A program made the position numbers and the translations under genes. The notes below the pieces were generated by a model. It worked only from the letters and a program-made list of their open reading frames with translations. It was not told the origin of the DNA and made no database searches. A stretch of DNA of 64,000 nucleotides from a virus (taxonomy: Duplodnaviria > Heunggongvirae > Uroviricota > Caudoviricetes): IMG/VR virus record IMGVR_UViG_3300030332_001481, positions 227,486 through 291,485 of that record; one strand, 5' to 3'. Of the stretch, positions 22,375 through 30,656 are shown one piece after another; position 1 is the stretch's first letter, and every line of letters starts with the position of its first letter.

Positions 22375-22903
22375 CAGACTCCTGCACCAGCTCGTGCAGC
22401 TTCCGGTGAATTCCACTGATCATCTCGAAGTATTCGTAGTCGTCCCTCTCCTCAAGCTCAGAGAGGAGAAGGATCACCTCAGGTAGAATACGCTGGAGGG
22501 CGGCAACGAGGAGCGCGTCGGCCTCAGGGTTCTTGGGAACCTGATCAGACCTGATCGTGACCTTGCCGGCCTCGCTCCAGTTTCGCAGGAGCGTTCTCCC
22601 GAACACTGCAACGTCCGGCATCGCCCCTCGTGGGTCTGTGACTTCGCAGGGGAACCACCAGCCCTTGGTGGCCTTCACCGCCAGCTTCTGCAGCAACCTA
22701 CTTGGTAGTGTGGCCAGGGTTGCCTTCCCGGCCCTGACATCCTCGTAGCAAGAAATGCAGATCCTTCTATTCTTGCCGTCGCCGTTACCTACCCAGTAGG
22801 ACGCCTCATTGCAGCAGTAGCTGAGACTGCCTTGGGCATCTACGGTTCCGTCGCAACATTCGCCACTATCGGTCTTACCGACGATGTCAACCATGCACCT
22901 CTT

Positions 22904-23323
22904 TTACAAGACGAGATGCCAGTACACGAACGCGTCGCCTGCCCAACGCCACTGAGGGCAGTACAAACGAAACCCAGTGCCAATGAGTGAGTTGGCACTG
23001 GGCGCATTGTCTACGGTTGTGTAGGTGATGACGTTCTCGATTCCCTGGGCGCGGGCCCATCGCAGTCGGGCTCGAATGAGCCTGCGATGGAGCCCCTGAC
23101 CCCGGAAATCTGGGAGAATGCCGGCACGTTCCAGGACTGCGAACTCTGGCTCGTGTGTGAGCTGTCGAATCCCGGCGAAGCCTACAGGTCCTGCTTTCTC
23201 ATCAACGGCAACCCACCAAGATCCTCGATCTGCCTCGACCTCCGCATCCCCGAAAGGTTCTACGAAGATCTCCCGGTCCAGACGTGTAATGACCTCTGGA
23301 CCTTTGGCTTTCTGAATCTTCAC
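22904..23323 (-). CDS. GNAT family acetyltransferase
   Basis: AGILPDFRGQGLHRRLI acetyl-CoA motif; N.PS....GF. Confidence 0.9.
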   Translation of the reverse strand: MKIQKAKGPEVITRLDREIFVEPFGDAEVEADRGSWWVAVDEKAGPVGFAGIRQLTHEPEFAVLERAGILPDFRGQGLHRRLIRARLRWARAQGIENVITYTTVDNAPSANSLIGTGFRLYCPQWRWAGDAFVYWHLVL

Positions 23324-23889
23324 GAGTGAGCCCCATTATTAATGAAGGGTTGAGGCAGTCAGCTAGGTGTCTGTGCCTTTCCGACCGGTGATGAGAATCG
23401 TTATCAGGAGAGAAAACAGAAGAGATAGGGTGATGGCCAAGAACAACCAGGCGAACGCCTCATGCTGCTCATTAGTGGCCGGACCATAGAGGTAATAGTG
23501 GTAGATGTCCATGTCCCTCTCATCCCCATATAAGGGCGGAAAATCACCTGTACCTGATGCAGCAGGGGCAGGTATTTGACCCTCTCCGCTTTACCGGCGG
23601 CTTTCCACCCCCGTAGACGGTGATACCCAAGAAAGCCTCCAGCTTGAGGATGTAGTCATCTACGACTATCTCCTCGACGGGGCCGCACTGGTTTTTCCCG
23701 CGCTTGCCATAGACCTCATGACAGAGGTACGGTTCGTGGCCGTGGTCCTCCGGCAACTCACCCCAGAGCCTCTTGGCCATCTGTGTGGTTGGGTCCACCA
23801 CGAGAGGGGTATCTGGAGGTAGGGCTTTGTTGCAAGCCGCGCAGACGAGACGAGTTTCAGGCATGTGTTGGTATTTACAGGGTTAAAAG

Positions 23890-23922
23890 GAAAAGCCCGC
23901 TGAGTAACTCAGCGGGCTTTTC
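23890..23922. terminator. Intrinsic terminator closing the ncRNA array (bidirectional-type)
   Basis: GAAAAGCCCGCTGAGT-AACTCAGCGGGCTTTTC inverted repeat; U-tract TTTTCCTTTT follows on the minus strand. Confidence 0.9.
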
Positions 23923-23961
23923 AACCACTTTGGAGAAAGTGACCACTTTACGCATGGGCAC

Positions 23962-24085
23962 GGGCAGTGAAGGAGTCGAACCTTCCGTGCTTGTAGGAAC
24001 CTTTTGGTGGGTAGTGAACTACCCGAGTAGTCGGTACCGGTTTTACATCTTACCTAGATGGTGGACCCCACGGTCCAGACTGCCC
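23962..24085 (-). ncRNA. tRNA-like RNA with giant variable domain, copy B
   Basis: Acceptor GGGCAGT/ACTGCCC; D-like TGGACC-GTGG-GGTCCA; hairpin CATCT/AGATG; insert with GGGTAG-TTCA-CTACCC; T arm GAAGG-TTCGACT-CCTTC; no encoded CCA. Confidence 0.8.
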
Positions 24086-24093
24086 TTAATTTC

Positions 24094-24233
24094 CCTGTTT
24101 CCGAGTTATCCAGCTGGTTGCTTTTCACAAAGTTGAAGTTTGTTGGCTTTTCCAGTTTGCCTACTTCCCCGAGCGGAGAAGATGGGAGTCGAACCCACAA
24201 TATGCGTGTAAGCTGGATTGATGTGGAAACAGG
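24094..24233 (-). ncRNA. Circularly permuted tRNA mimic (YrlA / bacterial Y RNA-like)
   Basis: Terminal stems CCTGTTTCC/GGAAACAGG and ATCCAGCT/AGCTGGAT enclose a T arm (GTGGG-TTCGACT-CCCAT), a loop-closed acceptor (CTTCTCC-GCTC-GGGGAAG), a D arm (GGC...TGG...GCC) and an anticodon-like arm (ACAAA-CTTCAAC-TTTGT). Confidence 0.85.
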
Positions 24234-24236
24234 TAT

Positions 24237-24364
24237 GGGGAGTGAAGGAGTCGAACCTTCCGTGCTTGTAGGAACCTACGGTGAGGGTGGTAAACCACCC
24301 GAGTATAGGTACCGGAGTTTGAACACCTGCAAAATGGTGGTGGACCCCACGGTCCATACTCCCC
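24237..24364 (-). ncRNA. tRNA-like RNA with giant variable domain, copy A
   Basis: Paralog of 23962..24085 with compensatory changes: acceptor GGGGAGT/ACTCCCC, GGGTGG-TTTA-CCACCC; identical D-like and T arms. Confidence 0.8.
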
Positions 24365-24401
24365 TTATATCTTAGCTGCCGAGCGCTGCTCTCTGATTTT
24401 G

Positions 24402-24474
24402 TTGCAATGACGGGAATTGAACCCGCTACGTCAAGATCCGAAGTCTCGTGCTCTACCAATTGAGCTACAGTGCG
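24402..24474 (-). tRNA. tRNA-Arg(UCG)-like, atypical acceptor, embedded in an extension stem (24372..24502)
   Basis: D arm GCTC-AATTGGTA-GAGC; anticodon arm CGAGA-CT TCG GA-TCTTG; T arm GCGGG-TTCAATT-CCCGT; acceptor has two mismatches and there is no CCA. Confidence 0.8.
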
Positions 24475-24506
24475 TGTAAGAGAGTAGCAGTTTGGCAGCT
24501 AAAATC

Positions 24507-24605
24507 GCCCTCGAAGGTGTGATCCTTCTCGCCCTTTCGAGCGCCGAACTCAGTCGGTCGGGCTGTTACGGTCAGCTTTTCAATCGGCAGCTTCCTGCCT
24601 CGGGC
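24507..24605 (-). ncRNA. Putative multi-hairpin leader RNA
   Basis: GCCC/GGGC closes five hairpins: GGCAG-GAAG-CTGCC, GCTG/CAGC, CCGA/TCGG, CGCTC-GAAA-GGGCG, GAAGG/CCTTC. Confidence 0.5.
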
Positions 24606-24609
24606 TCAC

Positions 24610-24637
24610 ACTCTAGCACCTCTTCCGAGGTCGTCAA
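24610..24637 (-). promoter_or_regulatory. Sigma70-like promoter for the ncRNA array
   Basis: TTGACG-16 nt-TAGAGT with extended -10 TG, just upstream of the first structured RNA. Confidence 0.6.
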
Positions 24638-24676
24638 CCAGTTTTTGAGCTTTCTGGTTGTGGCGTGTTCGCCTTA

Positions 24677-25270
24677 TCAGACTGCGACGACGCCGCCTGG
24701 ACTTACTAGATAACCCATTGTAGCATTGGTGTCAAGCCACTTCTGGAAGGAAATCGCGAGATAGGCGCTGGTGAGGGCGATGAAGGGCAAAAACTCCCCG
24801 TTTTCGCAGGTAGCGGCGCCCTCTGTCTCCTGGTCGACGGTGAAATCGAGTCCCGTAGAGGGGACTGTCCAGCCCACGCGACCGAACTGACCGGTGTCGT
24901 CCAGGGAACCATGGAGTACGTCGATCCCCTCCTCGACGCAGTAGCGCTTGATGAGGTGACGAGTCTCCGCGTTGTCGACGCAATCGATGACGATGTCAGC
25001 GTCTCCCAGCACCTGCTCCAGGTTGTCCGAGGTGAGCTTGTGCGGGACCACGTTCAGCTTCTTCTTGAAGAGAAACTGCATGGTCTGCTTCAGCCCTTGC
25101 ACCTTGGACTTGCGGACAGTGTTGGACGAGTGGAACTGCGAGGCGACGTTCTTGGACTCGACAGCGTCGAAATCCACGATGGTCAGCTCGATGTCCTCGT
25201 TACGGAGGAACTGAGTGAGGTGGGACCCGAGGGCCCCAACCCCAACCAGCACTACTTGGGCAGTACCCAT
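24677..25270 (-). CDS. ThiF/MoeB/E1-like adenylyltransferase
   Basis: VVLVGVGALGS, DFDAVESKNVASQ, KSKV, IDCVDN; candidate thioester Cys in ATCENGE; start MGTAQ. Confidence 0.92.
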   Translation of the reverse strand: MGTAQVVLVGVGALGSHLTQFLRNEDIELTIVDFDAVESKNVASQFHSSNTVRKSKVQGLKQTMQFLFKKKLNVVPHKLTSDNLEQVLGDADIVIDCVDNAETRHLIKRYCVEEGIDVLHGSLDDTGQFGRVGWTVPSTGLDFTVDQETEGAATCENGEFLPFIALTSAYLAISFQKWLDTNATMGYLVSPGGVVAV

Positions 25271-25277
25271 GGTGGTC

Positions 25278-25553
25278 TCAGCCGAAGGGGGACTTCGGGC
25301 GGAGCGAGATGAGGGAGTACGGACGAACCTCGGTCGAGGCGAAGCGGTCCACAACGAAGTCGCTGAAGTCCACGTTCTCGTCCGCGTTGAGGCCCGGGAC
25401 GCTGCCGGTGCGAACGGCCTCAGCCGCCCACTCCTTGATCTCCGCGTCGGTGGCGTCGGTCGCCACCGGCTGAGCCATGTCCCCGTTGGATCCCGCCCAG
25501 GTGATGTTCACCCGAGCCTCGTTCGCCATGATTCCGTTCTGTGTGTCTTCCAT
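25278..25553 (-). CDS. Putative ubiquitin-like (beta-grasp) protein
   Basis: About 91 aa, beta-beta-alpha-beta pattern, ends LISLRPKSPFG; directly upstream of the E1. Confidence 0.7.
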   Translation of the reverse strand: MEDTQNGIMANEARVNITWAGSNGDMAQPVATDATDAEIKEWAAEAVRTGSVPGLNADENVDFSDFVVDRFASTEVRPYSLISLRPKSPFG

Positions 25554-25758
25554 TTCCTTATCCTTTCGTGTACGTATCTGAGTTAGCACGCCAAAAGGCT
25601 ACTGCTATGCAGCCCTCGCAGCTACACACAGCAGGATCGTGATCCCACATGCGACTCATGATATCCATACCAGCCATGGCCATGCCACATTTGAACATTT
25701 CGGGATGCTGCTCGAAAATTGGCTTCTTGTTTTCTGCGTTTTCCATATTGCTTTCCCT

Positions 25759-25989
25759 TTACTGCGGCTCGCCCCATGAATCGAATGCCCACTTGAAAGA
25801 GGGATTCTTGGCTGTGTCGATCAGTAGCTGCCTGGACTTACTGTAACTGTCCGTGGTGACGCTGGAGAGCGTGGCGTACCCGCAGCCACCCATCCGAGTG
25901 ATTTGATCGGGGCTCTCGCTGTAGATACCCCACCCAGTCATCTGACTGGTGTCGGTGTCGATGTGAACCATTAGGTAAGCCGTCGTCAT
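25759..25989 (-). CDS. Hypothetical protein
   Basis: Start MTTAYL with GAGG RBS, downstream of the motif at 26007. Confidence 0.55.
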   Translation of the reverse strand: MTTAYLMVHIDTDTSQMTGWGIYSESPDQITRMGGCGYATLSSVTTDSYSKSRQLLIDTAKNPSFKWAFDSWGEPQ

Positions 25990-25996
25990 TTCGTCC

Positions 25997-26395
25997 TCAT
26001 TCCTGTAGTGTGGCCAGGGTTGGCTCGATGTAGCTGAGCCTCCGCAACTGCGGCAACCAGCTGTGGTGAAGTCCATAGCAAGGACTCGTCTCGTAGGAGC
26101 CGCCACGGAGCCGAACTGTGACCAGCTCATCCTCGCTGCAGATCCACCACATGAGCTGGCATCCCAAGGCCTGCTCGATCGCCTTGAAGGTCGTGAGGTC
26201 CGTTCCCGAAGGAACCGGAGTCCCACGCCCCGGGTGACTGTGCGCGAAACCCAGGACCTCCCGGCGACGGTGCCACATCTCATCCCACAGCTTGCGGCTG
26301 TCGGGAAGGTACACCGACGACCTACCTTCGGGCAAGTGCCAGAAGATGGGCTCGCAGCCCGTGTCTATGAGTACACCTGTCTCAGTACTTGTCAT
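25997..26395 (-). CDS. JAB/MPN (JAMM) metallopeptidase
   Basis: N-terminal E (ETGVL) plus GFAHSHPG......PSGTD, matching JAMM E...HxH-x7-S-x2-D. Confidence 0.88.
   Translation of the reverse strand: MTSTETGVLIDTGCEPIFWHLPEGRSSVYLPDSRKLWDEMWHRRREVLGFAHSHPGRGTPVPSGTDLTTFKAIEQALGCQLMWWICSEDELVTVRLRGGSYETSPCYGLHHSWLPQLRRLSYIEPTLATLQE
26007..26023 (-). promoter_or_regulatory. Repeated promoter-like motif CCAACCCTGGCCACACT
   Basis: At the end of the JAB gene, upstream of the 25989, Ubl and E1 genes. Confidence 0.55.
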
Positions 26396-26600
26396 AACTC
26401 TCTAATGGGTGCGAGCACCGCACCGCCGAAGACGACGATCTTGTAGCTTTCGTCGAAGCACTCCGCGCTGCACGTGATGTGTGCTCTGGAGTCTACCTGG
26501 TCCTTTACAACCTGAAACCAGAATAGGTGCTTGGGCTTCACATTCTTCCCGCAGGCAGAACAGAATACCAAGCTTCCGTGCGATGGCGTCAGGTCGGACT

Positions 26601-27227
26601 TCACCGGTTGTACCAGGCGATCTTCTTCACGCCGTGTCGCTCCAGCGCTGCTTTCTGCCAGCCCCACTTAGAAGGAAGAATGAAGACACCGACCTCCTGG
26701 CCGTCCTCATCAATGGGGTGGCCCCATCCATCGTAGTCCACGAAACCCCCGTCATCCACGAGTTCCGTGAACTCATCCAGCTGGAAGAGGTCGGGGACCT
26801 CACGCTCGGCATCCTCCCACAGTGCCTTACGCTCGGCATCCTCCCACAGTGGATCCACGAACACGTCGTCCTTCAGCTCTACGAACTCGATACGATCGTT
26901 CGAGTCGGCTTCTTCTGAATCTTCACTTTCGGAGTCTGTAAGCGGTACCAGGAACGGGTTCTTGTATTTGAAGGCCTTTGTCGCCTCCAAGCGTTCCAGG
27001 TCTCCGATGATAACACCCATCCAGCCCAAGCCATGGCGAAGACGCTCTCGGGCGGCGAAGGAGTTATTTTCAGCAAGGCACTCAGCTGCGCTTGCGAGCA
27101 GGGTGCTCAGGGCGACTAGGCGCTCCTGGGCCGTCTTCAGGTCTGCCTCGCGCTCCTTCTCTCGGCGAGCATTCTCAGCCTCGGCATACTGCAGGGCAAC
27201 CGCGTATTGTGATTCAATCTTGCTCAT
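26601..27227 (-). CDS. Hypothetical protein with internal LWEDAER duplication
   Basis: Start MSKIES; 27-nt-period repeat at about 26802-26850. Confidence 0.6.
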   Translation of the reverse strand: MSKIESQYAVALQYAEAENARREKEREADLKTAQERLVALSTLLASAAECLAENNSFAARERLRHGLGWMGVIIGDLERLEATKAFKYKNPFLVPLTDSESEDSEEADSNDRIEFVELKDDVFVDPLWEDAERKALWEDAEREVPDLFQLDEFTELVDDGGFVDYDGWGHPIDEDGQEVGVFILPSKWGWQKAALERHGVKKIAWYNR

Positions 27228-27503
27228 GGTCTTTTGCCTTTCTATTCGTACGCCCCTAGGTCCCACAGTTGGCCGGTCTTTTCCAAGAACATGAACTGAC
27301 TCAGGAAGCCAATGTATCCTCGCTCTACCGTCAAGAAGATTACTTTGTCCTTCGGTTCCTTCTCGGAATCTTCCTCAGAGGGGTCAGTCCAAACTTTTCC
27401 CGAACTCTCTTCGTACTCGATGCCAGCACGATCCAGCATCTCTTTAATGGTCTCTAGGTCAGTCACGGTGCGTCCTCTGGGAGGTAAAATCAAGGTCTTT
27501 TAA

Positions 27504-28448
27504 CTAGACGTGCCTGAAGATGACAGCGCCGTTGTTCATGGCATCCCGCACAACCACAGGAAGTGATTCCAGGGTGAACAGCGTGTCGCCCTTCTCACCG
27601 GTACGCTCGTCAGTGAGGCACACGCCCGCTTCGAGAATGGACATCATCGAGTCACAAACACACTCGAAGCGCCTCCCGTCGTCCAGCTGGTACCTAACTA
27701 CATGCTCGTTGCGGCTTCTTCCAGCACGGATGCTCAGAAGAGACGCCCCACCCACGGCCAGAGCTGCACGTGCCGCCTCTTCGAAGTCTAGGGCGGCCAT
27801 CTGACGACGGCCCGCTCCATCTCCAAGGCTCTCGCGAATAGACGCGATACGTGCCTCTTCTTCTCGGCGACGCTCCTCGGCTTCCCTACGGAGGCGTGCT
27901 TCTTCTCGCAGGCGCTCCTGCTGAGCCCTGTACCAGGTCCTGGCGCGGAACGCAAGGTCCAGTGCTGGTGCTACACCTGAAATCGAGTTCAGGCTGTCCT
28001 CCTGGCTCTCGAAAGCCTCGGTGACCTCACCCTCTGGCCCGAGAGGGAAAGCCTGCTGCACGTAGTACAGAGGTCCACCATCAACCAGGCGACACACCTC
28101 TACCCGGTCGAAGAAGTCCAAGCCAGGCTCGATGAGTCGAACTCTTTCAAAGCGATCACCCAGGCGCTCAAGGGAGCACTCTCCTCCTTCGAGGTCGGAG
28201 ACAAAGAAATCACCCACGAGGTACCCGAGCTGGGTCTTTGCGTCAGCGTTTTCTACTGCCTCGATGGCATCGGCTTCTTGTGGGTCCGAGGCGACGCGTC
28301 CTGAGACCTCCCAGGAGTAGAACCCAGGCTCCTCAGGCAATCTGCCACGGATCTTCCACTTACGTGGACCGAGCCGGAGAGACCTACCACCCGTCCAAGG
28401 GGCGACGACTCTCTCGTCTTCTTCCTGTAGTAGGTCTCTCCAGCTCAT
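27504..28448 (-). CDS. Conserved hypothetical protein; C-terminal candidate E2-like domain
   Basis: N-terminal domain, coiled-coil linker, then AGVCLTD resembling the E2 G-x-I-C-L active site (inference). Confidence 0.55.
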   Translation of the reverse strand: MSWRDLLQEEDERVVAPWTGGRSLRLGPRKWKIRGRLPEEPGFYSWEVSGRVASDPQEADAIEAVENADAKTQLGYLVGDFFVSDLEGGECSLERLGDRFERVRLIEPGLDFFDRVEVCRLVDGGPLYYVQQAFPLGPEGEVTEAFESQEDSLNSISGVAPALDLAFRARTWYRAQQERLREEARLRREAEERRREEEARIASIRESLGDGAGRRQMAALDFEEAARAALAVGGASLLSIRAGRSRNEHVVRYQLDDGRRFECVCDSMMSILEAGVCLTDERTGEKGDTLFTLESLPVVVRDAMNNGAVIFRHV

Positions 28449-28706
28449 GGTTCTATCCGTTCTTGTCGGGAGGATCTAGTAGATCTGCGACAGCCCGTGC
28501 CTCACGCGCCAGCTCAATGCGAATGTTCTCCGGAAGATTGGTGAACGCTCCGTCACTCTCCCACGTGCTCTGGTAGAGCAAAGTGGCGAGACGAGCGGTA
28601 CGCACCGAGGGGTCGGGAGCCTCGACTTTCTTCTCCCCTCCAGGGAGGATGTCATCTAGCATGTCAAGGTCTTCCAGCTTCAATTTGATCATGGGACTAG
28701 TCCTCT

Positions 28707-30575
28707 TCACGCCCACGCCGGCTTCTGCAGAAGCTCGGTCTGCAGAATGGTGTCGACAAGGCTCACTCGGGCCACCCGAGTAGACCGAGTGGCGATCTCC
28801 TGGTTGACCGGGGTCGAAGCGACCAGGTTGCGGATCGTACGGGGAACCGAGTAGGGGTCCGAGAACGTGTCCTTGTCGATCAGGAAGCAGGGGATCCCCA
28901 GGCTTCCCGCCGTGGCCTGCACGATCCGGCTGTTGGCGAATCGCGGGTCACAGACACGCACGAACCCGAAGGCCATGGGCTTGAGGTTCACACACCTGTT
29001 GAACGCCGCCGTCATCGTGCCGGTCTCTTCCTCGTCGCCCACCCAGATGACGAGGATGTCGTCGTCGGGGTCATTCGGAGGAAGACGATCCATCAGCTGA
29101 ACCGCCTGCCGGTGGGCCGTACCTCCGCCAGCCTTCACGCCACGGAAGGCTGCGCGAACACCCACGGACGACGCCGCCTTGAGCTTGACCTCGCGAGCCA
29201 CCGTGTTGAAGGTGATCACTGTCACCTTCTCCAGCGGGAACGCAGTGACGACCTGCTCCAGTAGCGTCTTGGCCTCCTCGATAGACTGGGCCATCGACCC
29301 AGAAGTATCGACAGCGATGTAGATGTGCATTCCCTTGGTGGACTCTTCCACCTGGGTCTGCAGCGCCGTGTCGGCCGCCTCCTGCAGCTCGTCCTTGGTG
29401 TCCTGGCTGCGGACGTTGCGAGCGATGTTTCGCGCACGCTGGTCCTCCGCCTTCTTCACCGCGGTGCTCCAGCGCTCCTTGACCTCGCTGACCTTGAGAA
29501 GGCCCAGCTCCTCCAGGGTGGGAGTTGCGATGATGAGGTCCTTGTCGCTGAGACAGTTGGCCTCAATCGCCGCAGCCATGATGGCTCGCGTGATTCCGAC
29601 GCTGGTCGGGACCTTGCTCGCGATCACCTTCCAGCTGGGCTTGTTCTTGACGATGCGGTTGCAGATCTGCCGCTCGGTCAGCTCCTCCCACGAGTCGCTC
29701 TTCTTGAGCTTCACGTTGATGGCGATCTGACGGTGACCCTCTGAGGACTGCTTCTGCTTCCAGCGCAGAATCTCGAAGAACTTCGGGCTCTGGGGCTTGT
29801 ACCCGGTCAGCTGCGCCAGGCGCACGACGCTCTTGCGGAACCCAGCCTTCACCAGGCCCTCCAGCACCCGCGGGTTCAGCTCACGGAACCGAAGCCACTT
29901 CTCCACCGCGGAGTTGTACCGCCCGAGGAAGGGACGACGGGTCGACAGGCCGAAACCAAGGTCCCGGTTGATCTGCGCCACCTCATCGAGGTTGAGGACC
30001 TCCCGAACCCGGAGAAGCATCTTCGGGTTGAAGTCCTTCTTCTCCGCCTGCTGCAGCATCATCGCCTCGCCGACAGCACGGTAGTCGTCGTCGAAGAAGG
30101 CAACAGTGCCGCCGTCCATCTCGGGCGCACCCTTTCGGTTCTGGACCAGCATGAACGCCGCCAGAATGACCTTCAGGTCGCGGTGCTCCTGCTTGAACTG
30201 ATAGGAAGCCCAGCGTGCAGCGAACTCGTTGTCGAGCTTCCACACCTCAGCCACCTGGCTGTACATCCACTTGGCCACCTCGGGGTAGATCCCAGCCTTG
30301 CGGTAGTGCCCCACCGTTCGGGTCCCCTCCTTGATGGAGCCGTCCTCGTGGAGAACACCCACACGAACACGGTTCGTGCGTCGACCCACCTTGTCGAGGC
30401 GGTAGACGACCTTCTCGCCGTTCTCCTCCTTGTGTGTGACGGGAGCCCATCGAAGACCGATGTTCGTACGCCCGTCCGCCACGACCATACCAGGACGGTT
30501 GTGGTAGAGGTGGTCGGTGTAGCTCAGGAGCGACTGGATGATGACCTCAGCGGGACCCTTGTTCTCGTTTTCCAT
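28707..30575 (-). CDS. Ro60/Rsr-like TROVE + vWA protein
   Basis: C-terminal vWA with MIDAS DTSGS...GGT...GDEE (clear), preceded by a basic helical region of about 400 aa (TROVE assignment inferred); Y-RNA-like genes downstream. Confidence 0.7.
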   Translation of the reverse strand: MENENKGPAEVIIQSLLSYTDHLYHNRPGMVVADGRTNIGLRWAPVTHKEENGEKVVYRLDKVGRRTNRVRVGVLHEDGSIKEGTRTVGHYRKAGIYPEVAKWMYSQVAEVWKLDNEFAARWASYQFKQEHRDLKVILAAFMLVQNRKGAPEMDGGTVAFFDDDYRAVGEAMMLQQAEKKDFNPKMLLRVREVLNLDEVAQINRDLGFGLSTRRPFLGRYNSAVEKWLRFRELNPRVLEGLVKAGFRKSVVRLAQLTGYKPQSPKFFEILRWKQKQSSEGHRQIAINVKLKKSDSWEELTERQICNRIVKNKPSWKVIASKVPTSVGITRAIMAAAIEANCLSDKDLIIATPTLEELGLLKVSEVKERWSTAVKKAEDQRARNIARNVRSQDTKDELQEAADTALQTQVEESTKGMHIYIAVDTSGSMAQSIEEAKTLLEQVVTAFPLEKVTVITFNTVAREVKLKAASSVGVRAAFRGVKAGGGTAHRQAVQLMDRLPPNDPDDDILVIWVGDEEETGTMTAAFNRCVNLKPMAFGFVRVCDPRFANSRIVQATAGSLGIPCFLIDKDTFSDPYSVPRTIRNLVASTPVNQEIATRSTRVARVSLVDTILQTELLQKPAWA

Positions 30576-30656
30576 GTCTTTCGTCTTTCTTGGCTCTGGA
30601 GTAGTGGGCGTGTAGCCCGAGTTCCGGGAGCGGTGTCGAGCCTCGTCGGCTCGTAC

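Noticed and set aside
24094-24233. UGA recoding or opal suppression implied by the UCA loop
   Set aside because: Many well-recognised genes here end in TGA (clpP, infA, NADAR) without fragmentation, and the RNA's acceptor end is loop-closed.
23962-24364. CRISPR array or attP/att duplication
   Set aside because: There are only two copies, conservation follows RNA structure with covariation, and no cas or integrase gene is in the window.
23783-24713. ORFs overlapping the ncRNA array (23783+, 24058+, 24106-, 24492+)
   Set aside because: No recognisable protein features; the region is better explained by structured RNAs.
24677-25553. Thiamine or molybdopterin biosynthesis operon
   Set aside because: No thiG/moaE-like genes in the window, the small protein lacks GG, and the context is JAB/vWA.
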